Assembly: GCA_051294375.1 (NCBI GenBank)
Contig: JBJCIZ010001665.1
Location: 1 to 23,765, forward strand
Reading direction: 5' to 3'
Length of the DNA stretch: 23,765 nt
Source: Paraspadella gotoi
Taxonomy: Eukaryota; Animalia; Chaetognatha
Below, one piece after another: positions 10,656-19,961 of the stretch. A program made the position numbers and the translations under genes. How positions within the stretch are numbered: position 1 is the stretch's first letter; the number at the start of each line of letters is the position of its first letter. The notes below the pieces were generated by a model. It had not been told where the DNA came from. It saw only the letters and a list, made by a program, of their open reading frames with translations, and searched no databases.

Positions 10656-11247
10656 TTAAGGCGACATTAAGTTAACAGTTTGATACAAAGAACAATTTTT
10701 AGGTCTACTACATTCATAATGTATATGAACAAGTGAACTTGCTAAATATCCGGATATTAGCATCTGAGTGCTATACTTTCTATCGATGACACGTGTCACT
10801 CTATATCGTTGACACGAAACAAAAATGAAATTGATAAAAGCTACGATAGATTAAAATTAGTTTGTACCAGTATATCGAAGCACAACACATCAAAATAGGT
10901 GCTACTGTTTAATCAATTGGCAGTCCGTATACTACGAACCACTTGTACATCAAACAAATAAGTTAATTTGCGCTGTGAATTACTTGTTCCATAGACCAAG
11001 TTAATAGTACTATTAGCGTCTCAGTAGAGTTGTAAATATAAAAAAAATAAAAATTTTTGTTAATTAATTAATTTGACCCCTCGGGCAGCCCCCTTTCTCT
11101 TCCTCCGAGATCACGATTCACAGAATGTGTGGCTACTCCGTTTGAAGATCCATCTCAACATCGAAGTGAGAGTCGATCGGCCTACAAGGGAGACGACGTG
11201 TCAATGGAGTACTTTGTCTCGGTCTGTGTCTGTCATGGTGGTTGGGT

Positions 11248-11600
11248 CTACGTGCGTTGTTCAATTGGAGCCCAGTTTAGAACGCTGAGAACTGTCTTGT
11301 ATGTTCTGCTGTTTACACAGTTGTCCTCGAATTCGAGAATGGTCTCCCGCACTATATCCACTTTGCTATACATGCTCAAAGACGTTTTAAACTAAATGTC
11401 TTTAAATGGTTTTTCACGCTTACCTACCACTCGCATCCAGTAGTAGTTATTTGAAACATATTTCGGGAGATTCGAGCCATTCTCAATGCTTGACCCTGGA
11501 TTCTTTCCAGTTTCGTCCATGAACCTCGGACATAGGTAAGTAACAAACGCTGCCATATTCTAATAGCGTTCTGATCATTACGTTGTAAATATTAATTATA
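11248..11600 (-). CDS. Frameshifted C-terminal continuation of LINE ORF2
   Basis: Reading through several 1-nt deletions gives IINIYNVMIRTLLEYGSVCY...TKLERIQGQALRMA.NLPKYVSNN...VLSVLNWAPIEQRT, with TAG at 11250-11248. This matches the post-RT IY...IRP.LEYG...KLERIQ..ALR motif of LINE ORF2 proteins. Confidence 0.8.
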
Positions 11601-14055
11601 CATCTGATTTATTCCCTTTGTTCATCGTTTTGATCCGTCTTAGAATTCCAAGTCTCAAATTGGCCTTTTCCACCACTTCATTTATGTAATTCTTCCACAG
11701 TAATTTTTGGTCCAGAGTGACTCCCAGAAATTTTACTTTGTCGACCACTTCGACCGTTGTGCCCAAGAGACTGAGGTTCATATCAGCCCTCAGATGATTT
11801 TGCAGGCGACTAAAGATTATTAAATTTGACTTGTGAGGGGCTAATTTTAGGCGCCATTTGGTGCACCACTCCTCTAAAATTGTAATTAATCTTTTAATCC
11901 GTAGTTTGCATTTGTACGGATTATCTGCGATAGTCCATGCTGCTTGATCATCGGCAAATTGAGCTGGCTCTATTTCTGTTGCCCCTTCAAATACGTCGTC
12001 TGTATGAATATTGAAGAGGTCTGGACTAATTACCCCTCCTTGTGGAGTACCAGTGTTGATTTTGAAAGATTTTGACTTCTCCTTGCCTTCGTGGACGGTT
12101 ATAAATCGGTCACTTAAGAAATTGCTTNNNNNNNNNNTTAATTTGTGATGAAGCCCCTTTTTTGCTATTTTGTAACGTAAGCCATTCCACCAGAGATGAT
12201 CGAATGCTAGTTCGATGTCCAAGAACAAACCTACTACACATTTCTTTTCTCGAAACGCCTGATATACACCTTCTGTTAATCTAAACAGATGATCTTGTGG
12301 ACTCCGATTCCTCTTATATCCACTTTGATAACGATTTCTCATCCCTTTCTTGTCCAGATCCACTATTAGCCTTTTTTTAATAAGTCTCTCAAAGACTTTA
12401 CCTATACATGAAAGGAGACTTATTGGACGATGATTTTTGGATTCTTTTAAATCTTTTCCTTTCTTCGGAAGAGTTATTAGCTTTGTTCTTTTCCACGCCT
12501 TTGGATAAAGGCCTCGTGCCCAACATATGTTGAATAATGTCAGAAGTTGAAGTAGGACTGTAGCTGATAATTGCTTGAGCATAAAGTAAGTGACTCCGTC
12601 TTCGCCTGCAGCTGACTTATTTTTACACTCACGTAATACCGCATTAAATTCNNNNNNNNNNAAGTCGGGCTGTTCTTCATCTTCCTGCTCGTTTTTTGCT
12701 AGTGGAACAAACTTCAGACTATTTTTAATGCAGTAATCGTCTATCTCTTTTCTCCATTCATCGTCAAAAGTTTCATCCGGGTCGGGATTGTAAACCTTTT
12801 CTAGTCTCCTTGCATGTGTTTCTGCTCGTTCTTTAGCCGTTACTGCTTGGTGTCCATTTGCCTCGATAAGTGCTGGGAGGGCGATTTCCGATGTCCTTAT
12901 ATTTGCTATTTCCTTGTATATATTCCATTTCTTTTCTGCCTGTTTGGTATTTGCCATAATGTCTACTTTTTGCTTCCAATGAAGTGCCTCGTCATTTCTA
13001 AGACTTTTCTTAAGTTCTAGGGAGACCTTATTGTATATTATTCTTAGCGACTCATCGTTTGACGGGTCGCTTCTTCTCCTCCAATTGTGCAGTTTCCTTT
13101 TAATCCCCAGAAGTATATTGGACTGTTTTGACAGTTTAATTGAACCTTTGGTTCTCACACGTTTTTCTTTAGTACTTTCGTCATAGCGTCTCTTAATTAT
13201 TTGAGCAAATTCTTCTGCCCATTTTTCTATGTTACCGTTATCGTCTTCCTGGGACGGTGGTCTACCCAGAGAGTTCTCGACTTGCTCTGCGAACTTTTGC
13301 CAATCTGTAATTTTCCTCTTAGTAGCATTGCTTCCCGTTTCCAAAGCCTTAATTATCGTAATTGTGGGAATATGATCGCTCTGTATTAGAGACCCCGTTT
13401 TCCATTCACAGATTCTATGAAGAAGTTTATCGTTGCACAGGCTCAAATCTAAGCAGGCTTTTGCGTTGCTTGAGAAACTGAAGAAAGTTGGTTCTCCGGT
13501 ATTTAAGCATTGTAAGTTATATTTTTCCAGCTGATCTTCCAAACGTTTCCCTTCTGTATTTGAGTTACCCTCAAGGCATGCTAATTTAGCATTCATATCC
13601 CCCATTATGAGACTTGGTATCCTTTTACCGTCATGTCTTGCATTTGATATTTGTTCAAAGTATTCGTTTGGCGCTTTATGTCCTGGGTGTATGTAAATTG
13701 TGGATATCAACATAATTCCCAGTTTAGAGTGACTAATCTTACACACTAATGATTCTGGTTCTGAGTCTTTGCTTTTTATTACTTCAAGAATGAGATAATC
13801 CTTTGGAATTAGCATTAATACTCCCCCGGGATTGCGTGTGTTTGTTGGGTGGTCTCTTCTTACTGTGATATAATTCCTAATAGCGTATTCATCTTCGTTT
13901 TNNNNNNNNNNNNNNNTAATTAACAATATTATGTCTGTGCAGTAAGTAGCGTAATTGTTTTCTCTATTAATTAAATTTCTAATTTCTAAATCTCTAGGTA
14001 TGATAGAGTTTGCGTTCACCTGCAGTATGCCGATGCCTTTAGTTGTACTGTCCAT
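11596..14055 (-). CDS. LINE ORF2: apurinic-like endonuclease plus reverse transcriptase
   Basis: APE motifs ILQVNANS, GGVLML, GDMNAK, PTF, LDL, SDHIP. RT motifs SAAGEDG, NHRPISLLSCIGKVFER, QSGY, FLDIELAFDHLW, GTPQGGVISPDLFN, QFADD, KFLGVTLD. The stop at 11596 is probably caused by a frameshift; the true end is probably ~11248. Confidence 0.97.
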   Translation of the reverse strand: MDSTTKGIGILQVNANSIIPRDLEIRNLINRENNYATYCTDIILLIXXXXXXNEDEYAIRNYITVRRDHPTNTRNPGGVLMLIPKDYLILEVIKSKDSEPESLVCKISHSKLGIMLISTIYIHPGHKAPNEYFEQISNARHDGKRIPSLIMGDMNAKLACLEGNSNTEGKRLEDQLEKYNLQCLNTGEPTFFSFSSNAKACLDLSLCNDKLLHRICEWKTGSLIQSDHIPTITIIKALETGSNATKRKITDWQKFAEQVENSLGRPPSQEDDNGNIEKWAEEFAQIIKRRYDESTKEKRVRTKGSIKLSKQSNILLGIKRKLHNWRRRSDPSNDESLRIIYNKVSLELKKSLRNDEALHWKQKVDIMANTKQAEKKWNIYKEIANIRTSEIALPALIEANGHQAVTAKERAETHARRLEKVYNPDPDETFDDEWRKEIDDYCIKNSLKFVPLAKNEQEDEEQPDXXXXEFNAVLRECKNKSAAGEDGVTYFMLKQLSATVLLQLLTLFNICWARGLYPKAWKRTKLITLPKKGKDLKESKNHRPISLLSCIGKVFERLIKKRLIVDLDKKGMRNRYQSGYKRNRSPQDHLFRLTEGVYQAFREKKCVVGLFLDIELAFDHLWWNGLRYKIAKKGLHHKLXXXXSNFLSDRFITVHEGKEKSKSFKINTGTPQGGVISPDLFNIHTDDVFEGATEIEPAQFADDQAAWTIADNPYKCKLRIKRLITILEEWCTKWRLKLAPHKSNLIIFSRLQNHLRADMNLSLLGTTVEVVDKVKFLGVTLDQKLLWKNYINEVVEKANLRLGILRRIKTMNKGNKSDV

Positions 14056-16018
14056 CTCTTGAAAATTGGCTGTTGCTTTGACTGTACTGCAGGTATNNNN
14101 NNNNNNTGCTCAGGATTATCTGTGGGCATCTGTACTGCTGTACCTGCCACGACGGGTTCATGTTGGAGGTGTTTGGTTTGGACATTGTCGTTTGTTGTAC
14201 TCCCTCGATATAGGCTGGAATTGGCTGAGTTAAGCCCCAGGTCGGCATTGGCGCCTGCCACTGTTGGTTCGTGTCCCACTGTGCTGGCTGTAGTTGCTGT
14301 AGTTCCGGTGCTTGATTCATGATCGTGGTTTCTTGTTGCCTATTGCCTTCCAATCGTTCTCCCTGTAATGTTGTAGATTGGCTTTGTGAAGGGTCCCCAC
14401 TTGAGGAGTTGCTTATATCCGCTGTTGTATTCTCCGTTGGTATCGTCCGGGAGATTGATGACTGTGCGCCAGTCGGAGTTCGGGATGAATTGCCTGTAGG
14501 GGTATTTGACACCATGTTGAAATAACTCGGGATCGTTCTGTTCCTACTCGAATCATTTGAGCCTATTTTTAATATTTTATTCTTTGTTGCATTCATCTCA
14601 AGTTTCATACCAAGTCTCTTGTTGACTTTTTCCGTAATATGTTTAGCAAATACGTTACTGTAGTTTCCCCTTAACAGACCACAGTCTAACATTGAACTCA
14701 TTAGAATTTCAATTGCAAGCCACATGGCTTCAATTACTATGTCTTGCCTTGTTAAGTTATCGAGAATGTTGGCACTTGTCACATTTGCATATGTCCTCGA
14801 TGTCCCTGTGGTGTTTGTAGGATCCATTCTAATTGTTTCCCCTTCGTCGTTTCTTTGTTCCATGGTACGGCCTGGTTCTTTTCTTGCTTTGTTCATGTAT
14901 TCGCGGATGTAGCTGCAGCCCTTATAGGTTGCAGAATGTGGGCCTTGACAATTTGCGCAAGAGATTTCTTCGTCCTTGGCTTGACAATCCTTAATCCTGT
15001 GATTTTGTCCGCATCGAGAACATTTGTTTTCTGTTTCTGGACAGTTGAAGCTGAGGTGTCCGACCTTTAAACATTTAAAGCATTGTGTAATTTGCAATCT
15101 TTTGAATTCTTCGACTTTATGTCTCTTGAAAAGGTATCTGAAACCCTCACCTATAATGCGACCTTTTTCCGAGCTCGATCTCAGCGTAACTCTGACGCTC
15201 CAAGTTGGAGTTTGTTCTTTTCCGACTTTTATCCGCTTTACTTCTGAAGGTGAGTAGTTGTCCGTTCTCAATTGATTTAGGATGTCCTCCTCTGCAATTT
15301 CAGGGTCTAGCCCCCGTATGACGACGCTCTGTTGTATCGTATTCGCGTCTGAGAGTCTGGGAACAAAGTTGTATTCATTAGACTTCCATAGTTCCAGTTT
15401 CAAGAGACTATTACAGTCTTTCGGGTTTCTCCCCGTCAAAACAATTTCTCCTTTCTGCGTAGTTTTAATTTCATCTAATGCCACATCAGCCGGTATACTT
15501 TTTTCAATAATCTCCGTTAGATTTTTGCGACTCGATAGTATTTCAGACGATAAAGTATTGCTTACTAGTACAGCCAGTTTCTTGTAAGAGACTTCCTTCC
15601 GAGATGTTTGCTCTGTACTTCGCTGGATTCCCGGACTTGTTCTTCCTCCTGGGCTCGAGACTTGGCAACCTCCCGTAGCTTTTAATGTTCTTCCTGCTTC
15701 TCGGTTCGTCGTTCCGTTCGGTACTTCACCGTTTGACTCGTCACTTTCTGCGACTATGTCTGCCCATCCGCGTTTCAGTCGCTTGGCTGACTTTGGCGTT
15801 TCGACCTGTGATGTAGTTAAAATTGGCGTTTGCGGATTTGTTTCTGATAAACTTTCTTTACGTAAAATGTTGCTTTTCTCCACTATACCTTTTAATTTCT
15901 CCAATTCTTCGTATCGAAGACTTTTAACAAAGTTTACAAAGTCGCTTTCTTGATTTAAGTTGGACTGCTCCTTTATTCCGATTTCAGGTCGCGACTGGTT
16001 TTTCTGTGTGTTTGACAT
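14039..16018 (-). CDS. LINE ORF1: gag-like nucleic-acid-binding protein with an RRM-like region and three CCHC zinc knuckles
   Basis: VVIRGL...VRVTL region followed by CFKCLKVGHLSFNC, CSRCGQNHRIKDC and CANCQGPHSATYKGC (CX2CX4HX4C, CX2CX3HX4C, CX2CX3HX6C), the pattern typical of Jockey/I-group ORF1. It overlaps the ORF2 ATG by 17 nt. Confidence 0.95.
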   Translation of the reverse strand: MSNTQKNQSRPEIGIKEQSNLNQESDFVNFVKSLRYEELEKLKGIVEKSNILRKESLSETNPQTPILTTSQVETPKSAKRLKRGWADIVAESDESNGEVPNGTTNREAGRTLKATGGCQVSSPGGRTSPGIQRSTEQTSRKEVSYKKLAVLVSNTLSSEILSSRKNLTEIIEKSIPADVALDEIKTTQKGEIVLTGRNPKDCNSLLKLELWKSNEYNFVPRLSDANTIQQSVVIRGLDPEIAEEDILNQLRTDNYSPSEVKRIKVGKEQTPTWSVRVTLRSSSEKGRIIGEGFRYLFKRHKVEEFKRLQITQCFKCLKVGHLSFNCPETENKCSRCGQNHRIKDCQAKDEEISCANCQGPHSATYKGCSYIREYMNKARKEPGRTMEQRNDEGETIRMDPTNTTGTSRTYANVTSANILDNLTRQDIVIEAMWLAIEILMSSMLDCGLLRGNYSNVFAKHITEKVNKRLGMKLEMNATKNKILKIGSNDSSRNRTIPSYFNMVSNTPTGNSSRTPTGAQSSISRTIPTENTTADISNSSSGDPSQSQSTTLQGERLEGNRQQETTIMNQAPELQQLQPAQWDTNQQWQAPMPTWGLTQPIPAYIEGVQQTTMSKPNTSNMNPSWQVQQYRCPQIILSXXXXYLQYSQSNSQFSRDGQYN

Positions 16019-16291
16019 TGTAACACTAGATCTTAAATGTAGATATAGTAGTATAATTGCGACTAGTTAGTTAATAAGTGCTACATCGTGAGAGGTTAAC
16101 TCGAGCCCTTGTTTCGTAAAAATTTTCCAAGTCCGGGATTTTTTAAAAAAATAATTCAGAGATCGGAGCATACGTGTTGTTCGGTCGGAGGTTAGAGAGT
16201 TAAAAAGAGAGAGAGAGAGAGAGAAGAGAGAGGAGAGAGAGAGAGAGAGAGAGAACAGAAACTCGGCCAAATCGAGGGCATAGAAAAGTAG

Positions 16292-16395
16292 ATGACGAAG
16301 GAAGACCAAGATAGATTCCTTCTGGCCCGCTCGGAACGAAAGGACAAAGAAGACATGAAAGTACGCGGACTCGGGAATGGAAATCGGTCGGCGAG
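16292..16395 (+). CDS. Possible alternative first coding exon (MTKEDQDRFLLARSERKDKEDMKVRGLGNGNRSA), possibly of the Abl gene
   Basis: ATG at 16292, 34 open codons, then the donor AG|GTAAGG at 16395/16396. No homology recognised. Confidence 0.25.
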
Positions 16396-17146
16396 GTAAG
16401 GGTTAAGCACCGTGCGGGGACCCTCTTCTCTCCCTCTCTCTCTCGTCTCTCTCTCTTCTCTCTCTCTCGTCGTCTCTCTCTCTCTCAAAACTTTTTTTTA
16501 TTCTTTGTTTCTATCCCTATTTTTTTCAGAATTTCTTTTGTTTTTGCAGGGACGTAAATACCCGCCTGGGGATAACTTACCGTTTGAGGATAACTTACCC
16601 GCCGCGCGTAAATAGCGGCTTTTTGAACGCTTTTTGGCGGGGCGGCATGGGGAATGAGAGGAGAGAGTAGAGAAAAAAAAGAGGGAACTGTGCCCCCGTC
16701 CCTATTTTCTTGCCAATGACACCTTTTACTATTGTCCAAATCTTAAATGTCCTTTTGTAGTATTTTTGTGAAGGGAATCGCAATCAATCTCGACTCTTTC
16801 CTGCTTCATAGAAAATTTTTTTTTTTCTCAGCGTCCATATTTTTGGGGAAAAAATTCGCTTTTTTCGGCTATTTCTCACAAAATGACGCTCAAAATCGAA
16901 TTCCGTAATTTCTCACCAAACTTAAATTTCCTAAAACGCCTTATTATACTCTCTCCTATGCCGTCCCACTTTTTTTTTAGCCTCTATACTCAAAATCCTC
17001 TTTGGCGCAAATCCGCTTGTTCCTCCTTAAACGCTTGACTCATTTTTTCTCATCCTTTTGTCTTTTGTTTTTTGTGCTCCCAACATAGAGGGCGACGGTT
17101 GTTAGGGTCCTCGGTTGGAACGTAGGCCTCTGGGAGACATAGAAGA

Positions 17147-17208
<62 letters not shown>

Positions 17209-17798
17209 AACATTAAGGGAGACATGCTCGCGGCTAAAAACGGAAACGTTTTCAAACGCGGTTGCGACCGAAAGGCGGCGTTTTTTGAAGCCTTTCATCT
17301 CACCTGAGACAGTGTTTTTGCAAAGTCATGACCTTTTTTCCGTGTCGTCGTCGTTGTCGCCCGTCGTCGTTACCACATCGTCACAAAAAATAGTTTTGTG
17401 AAAGAATTCGTTTCAAAGAACATCAATTCAAAACAAAAAAAAGAGAAAATTATTCTTTCTTTACGTTTCGTCGACTTTTGTCGCTGTTTTTCCTGACAGA
17501 GAGACGTTTGTGTGAAAGAATTTTCCTCAAAGTGATTTCGTTTGGCCTGAAGTTTTTTTTTTTCGATTTACTTGAGGTTTTTTTTTTTACGATCAAATTT
17601 TTTTTTGACTGAAATAAAGAGACAATTTGTCAGTTAAGACGATAAAAAGATAAAACGAATAAAACAATAAAGAAACAATTTGACATTCATAACAATAAAT
17701 AAGCATTGAGCAAAAATAGTTAAAAAACTTTAAAAATTGAATTTTTTTCCCTCCTTTTTATTTGGTCGCTTATCAGCTTTCTCACTCTTCTTTTGCAG

Positions 17799-18090
17799 GC
17801 AACAACCATCTTTAGGGTCGAGCCGTGGATGTCAGCGAGAATGCTCCTGGCGGCCGTCAGGCGGTGATAGCGGCCGCCGCCGTCCGCGCAGGCCCAGGCG
17901 GCACACGCTTCTCATGCCAACGGCGGCTGCTGCCTGGCCCGCCGCCGCCGCCGCTACGGCGGCGGCTTCGGCGGCGGCAGCGTCGGAAAACTCCTGGCGG
18001 GAGCGCGGCGATCTCGACGCGCCGAAGACTCTTCGTCGCTTTGTACGACTTCCAAATCTGGGGGAGACAATCAACTCACTCTCGCCAAAG
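17799..18090 (+). CDS. Abl: Abl tyrosine kinase exon: cap region and SH3 N-terminal part (contains indels)
   Basis: Polypyrimidine tract with TTTTGCAG acceptor at 17798. Reconstructed (S)RWMS.ENLLA...[20 protein letters not shown](G), compared with human ABL1 RWNSKENLLA...[21 protein letters not shown]. Donor G|GTAAGG splits the Gly codon, as at the human exon 2/3 junction. Confidence 0.88.
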
Positions 18091-18510
18091 GTAAGGTGGG
18101 TCAGGGAATGTCGATGACTAAAACTGACCGAGTAAAGGTGACGAAGAACGATGCTATTTTAATTTATGAATACTATGACGAGTTGAGGACAGTCTGCAGT
18201 GTCTCTTTGCGCAAATCCGTCCCATGTCCAATTTCCGTTTCCCTCTTAATTGCCGTCGTCGTCATCGTCGCGCCGATCGCCCCCCCCTGTATCCACCAAG
18301 CGATGTTCACATTCTCTTGCGGCCGGTTTAGCTGCTGATGATGGGCGATCCGCCCCGCCCCACTTCCTTAACCGCCGATCCCTAACTCCATCACGAAAGA
18401 AAAAAAGAGAAAAATGAGGCGAATATTTATTTTTCGGGAGTCGAAAAGGGGAAAAGGCGAGATTCTTCTTTTTTGCTCAATCTTTGTCGCGGGACCTCAT
18501 TAATGCTCGT

Positions 18511-18554
<44 letters not shown>

Positions 18555-19389
18555 ATCTCTCTCTGCTCTGCTCTCTCTCTCTTCTCATTCTCTTTCTTTC
18601 TTCTACACTCTCTCATCCATTGTTTATCCACTTATTTGACCGTTTTTTTAGGAATTTCAGTTGGAATTTCCCGTAATTTAGTGGCGGTCGCCTAAACATC
18701 GACTAGACAAACACCCAAGAATCAATGTCTACTTAAGAACTTCCGATCTAATCGCGAATTCTCTTTTTGTTCCTTCTTGGTTATTCCCCTTGATTAGATT
18801 TACTCTCTCTCTCTCTCTCTCTCCGTCTCTCTCTCTTCTCTCTCTCTCTCCTTCCTCCTCCTCTCTCTCTCTCTCCAACCCTTCCTCAAGTTTCATGGTT
18901 CCACGTAAAGCTATTAATTTTGATGTGGGTAAGAAAATTAGAAAGAGGAGTAAGGAAAAGAGAGTTAGCTGTTTAGGGTGGTTAGTTCGGACAGGGCCAA
19001 GTGAGTTTCGTGAAGCTTCAAGGAATTTTGTGAGTTAAAACTTTTACTTTTATTTTTGCTTTATAAGTTTAAGATGCCCTATTTAAACAAAAACAAAAAC
19101 AAAAACAAGCCCGCCTTTATTAGAACAACTGCAACAAGACAAGAAAATAGATTTTTAGGGACAAAAAAGGCTAGAACATTTTTTTTTGCCAGAAAAAAAG
19201 ACTTGGCTGCAAAAAAAAAAGAAGAAAAAAAAAAACAAAAAACTGCAAAGAATTAATTAGCTTATAAGCTGTTCAACTTAAAACGCCTCCCTAGCGCCTG
19301 ATATTCAAAAGAAAAAAACTTCTCCCTTAACTTTTTTTTTCTTTTTTTTCTTAATCGACTCCTTTCTTTTTATGCTTTTTTGCTCATTC

Positions 19390-19474
19390 TCTCTCTCTCC
19401 TTCTCTCTCATCTTTCTCCTCTCTCTCCCTCTCAATCTTTCTCTCTCTCTCCCTCTCCTTCTCTCTCTCTCTCG

Positions 19475-19508
<34 letters not shown>

Positions 19509-19576
19509 TCGTGCTTAACTTTAGGCTCTCTCTTTTTCTTTTACAGCCCTCTGCCCATCATTTTCTCTCTCTCTCC

Positions 19577-19655
<79 letters not shown>

Positions 19656-19712
19656 TCCCGGATCTCTCTCTCTCGTCTCTCATCTCTCATCTCCTCTCTC
19701 TCTCTCTTCCTT
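19390..19712 (+). repeat. Long interrupted (TC)n tract in an Abl intron
   Basis: Directly visible; produces the spurious SL-repeat ORFs. Confidence 0.95.
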
Positions 19713-19804
19713 CCTAAAATAGAGAATCCAACGCATTGACGTCAACTTAAAACGGATTGAACACTCTCAATTTAATAAGAATTCCCCTCGATGACTTCAC
19801 CCAG

Positions 19805-19961
19805 GCGACCAAGTCCGCGTGATTGGCTACAACAGGGAGGCCGAGTGGTGCGAGGCTCAAAAACAAGGCCGGCCGCATCGGGTGGGTTCCTTCCAACTAA
19901 AATCACCGCCGCCAACAGCCTCGAGAGGCACTCGTAGGTATCAAACGGACCCATGCTCTAG
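19805..19961 (+). CDS. Abl: Abl tyrosine kinase exon: SH3 C-terminal part, SH3-SH2 connector and start of SH2 (contains indels)
   Basis: CAG acceptor at 19804. Reconstructed (G)[49 protein letters not shown](R), compared with ABL1 [50 protein letters not shown]. Donor AG|GTAAGT. Confidence 0.92.

Larger units (their letters stand above)
10606..16203 (-). mobile_element. Near full-length non-LTR retrotransposon (LINE), Jockey/I group, APE-RT type
   Basis: ORF1 and ORF2 as below; ~185-nt 5' UTR; ~640-nt 3' UTR ending in a stem-loop and TTCAAACAAATCAAA. GA-microsatellite flanks with a possible low-complexity TSD AAAGAGAGA (10597-10605 / 16204-16212). The exact ends are inferred. Confidence 0.9.

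Noticed and set aside
11096-11112. CTC-TTCCTCC-GAG resembling the P3/L3 of HDV-like ribozymes
   Set aside because: No matching P1, P1.1 (GG) or P2 partners; it is also antisense to the LINE.
12814-15953. Numerous short plus-strand ORFs
   Set aside because: They are antisense shadows of LINE ORF1/ORF2.
17074-17140. Imperfect hairpin (CTCCCA/TGGGAG, AGAGG/CCTCT)
   Set aside because: Short interrupted pairing with no recognisable RNA-family motif; plausible by chance.
18335-18400. CTGATGA...GAAA possible hammerhead
   Set aside because: Stem II does not close next to the core, and there is no stem III or cleavage triplet.
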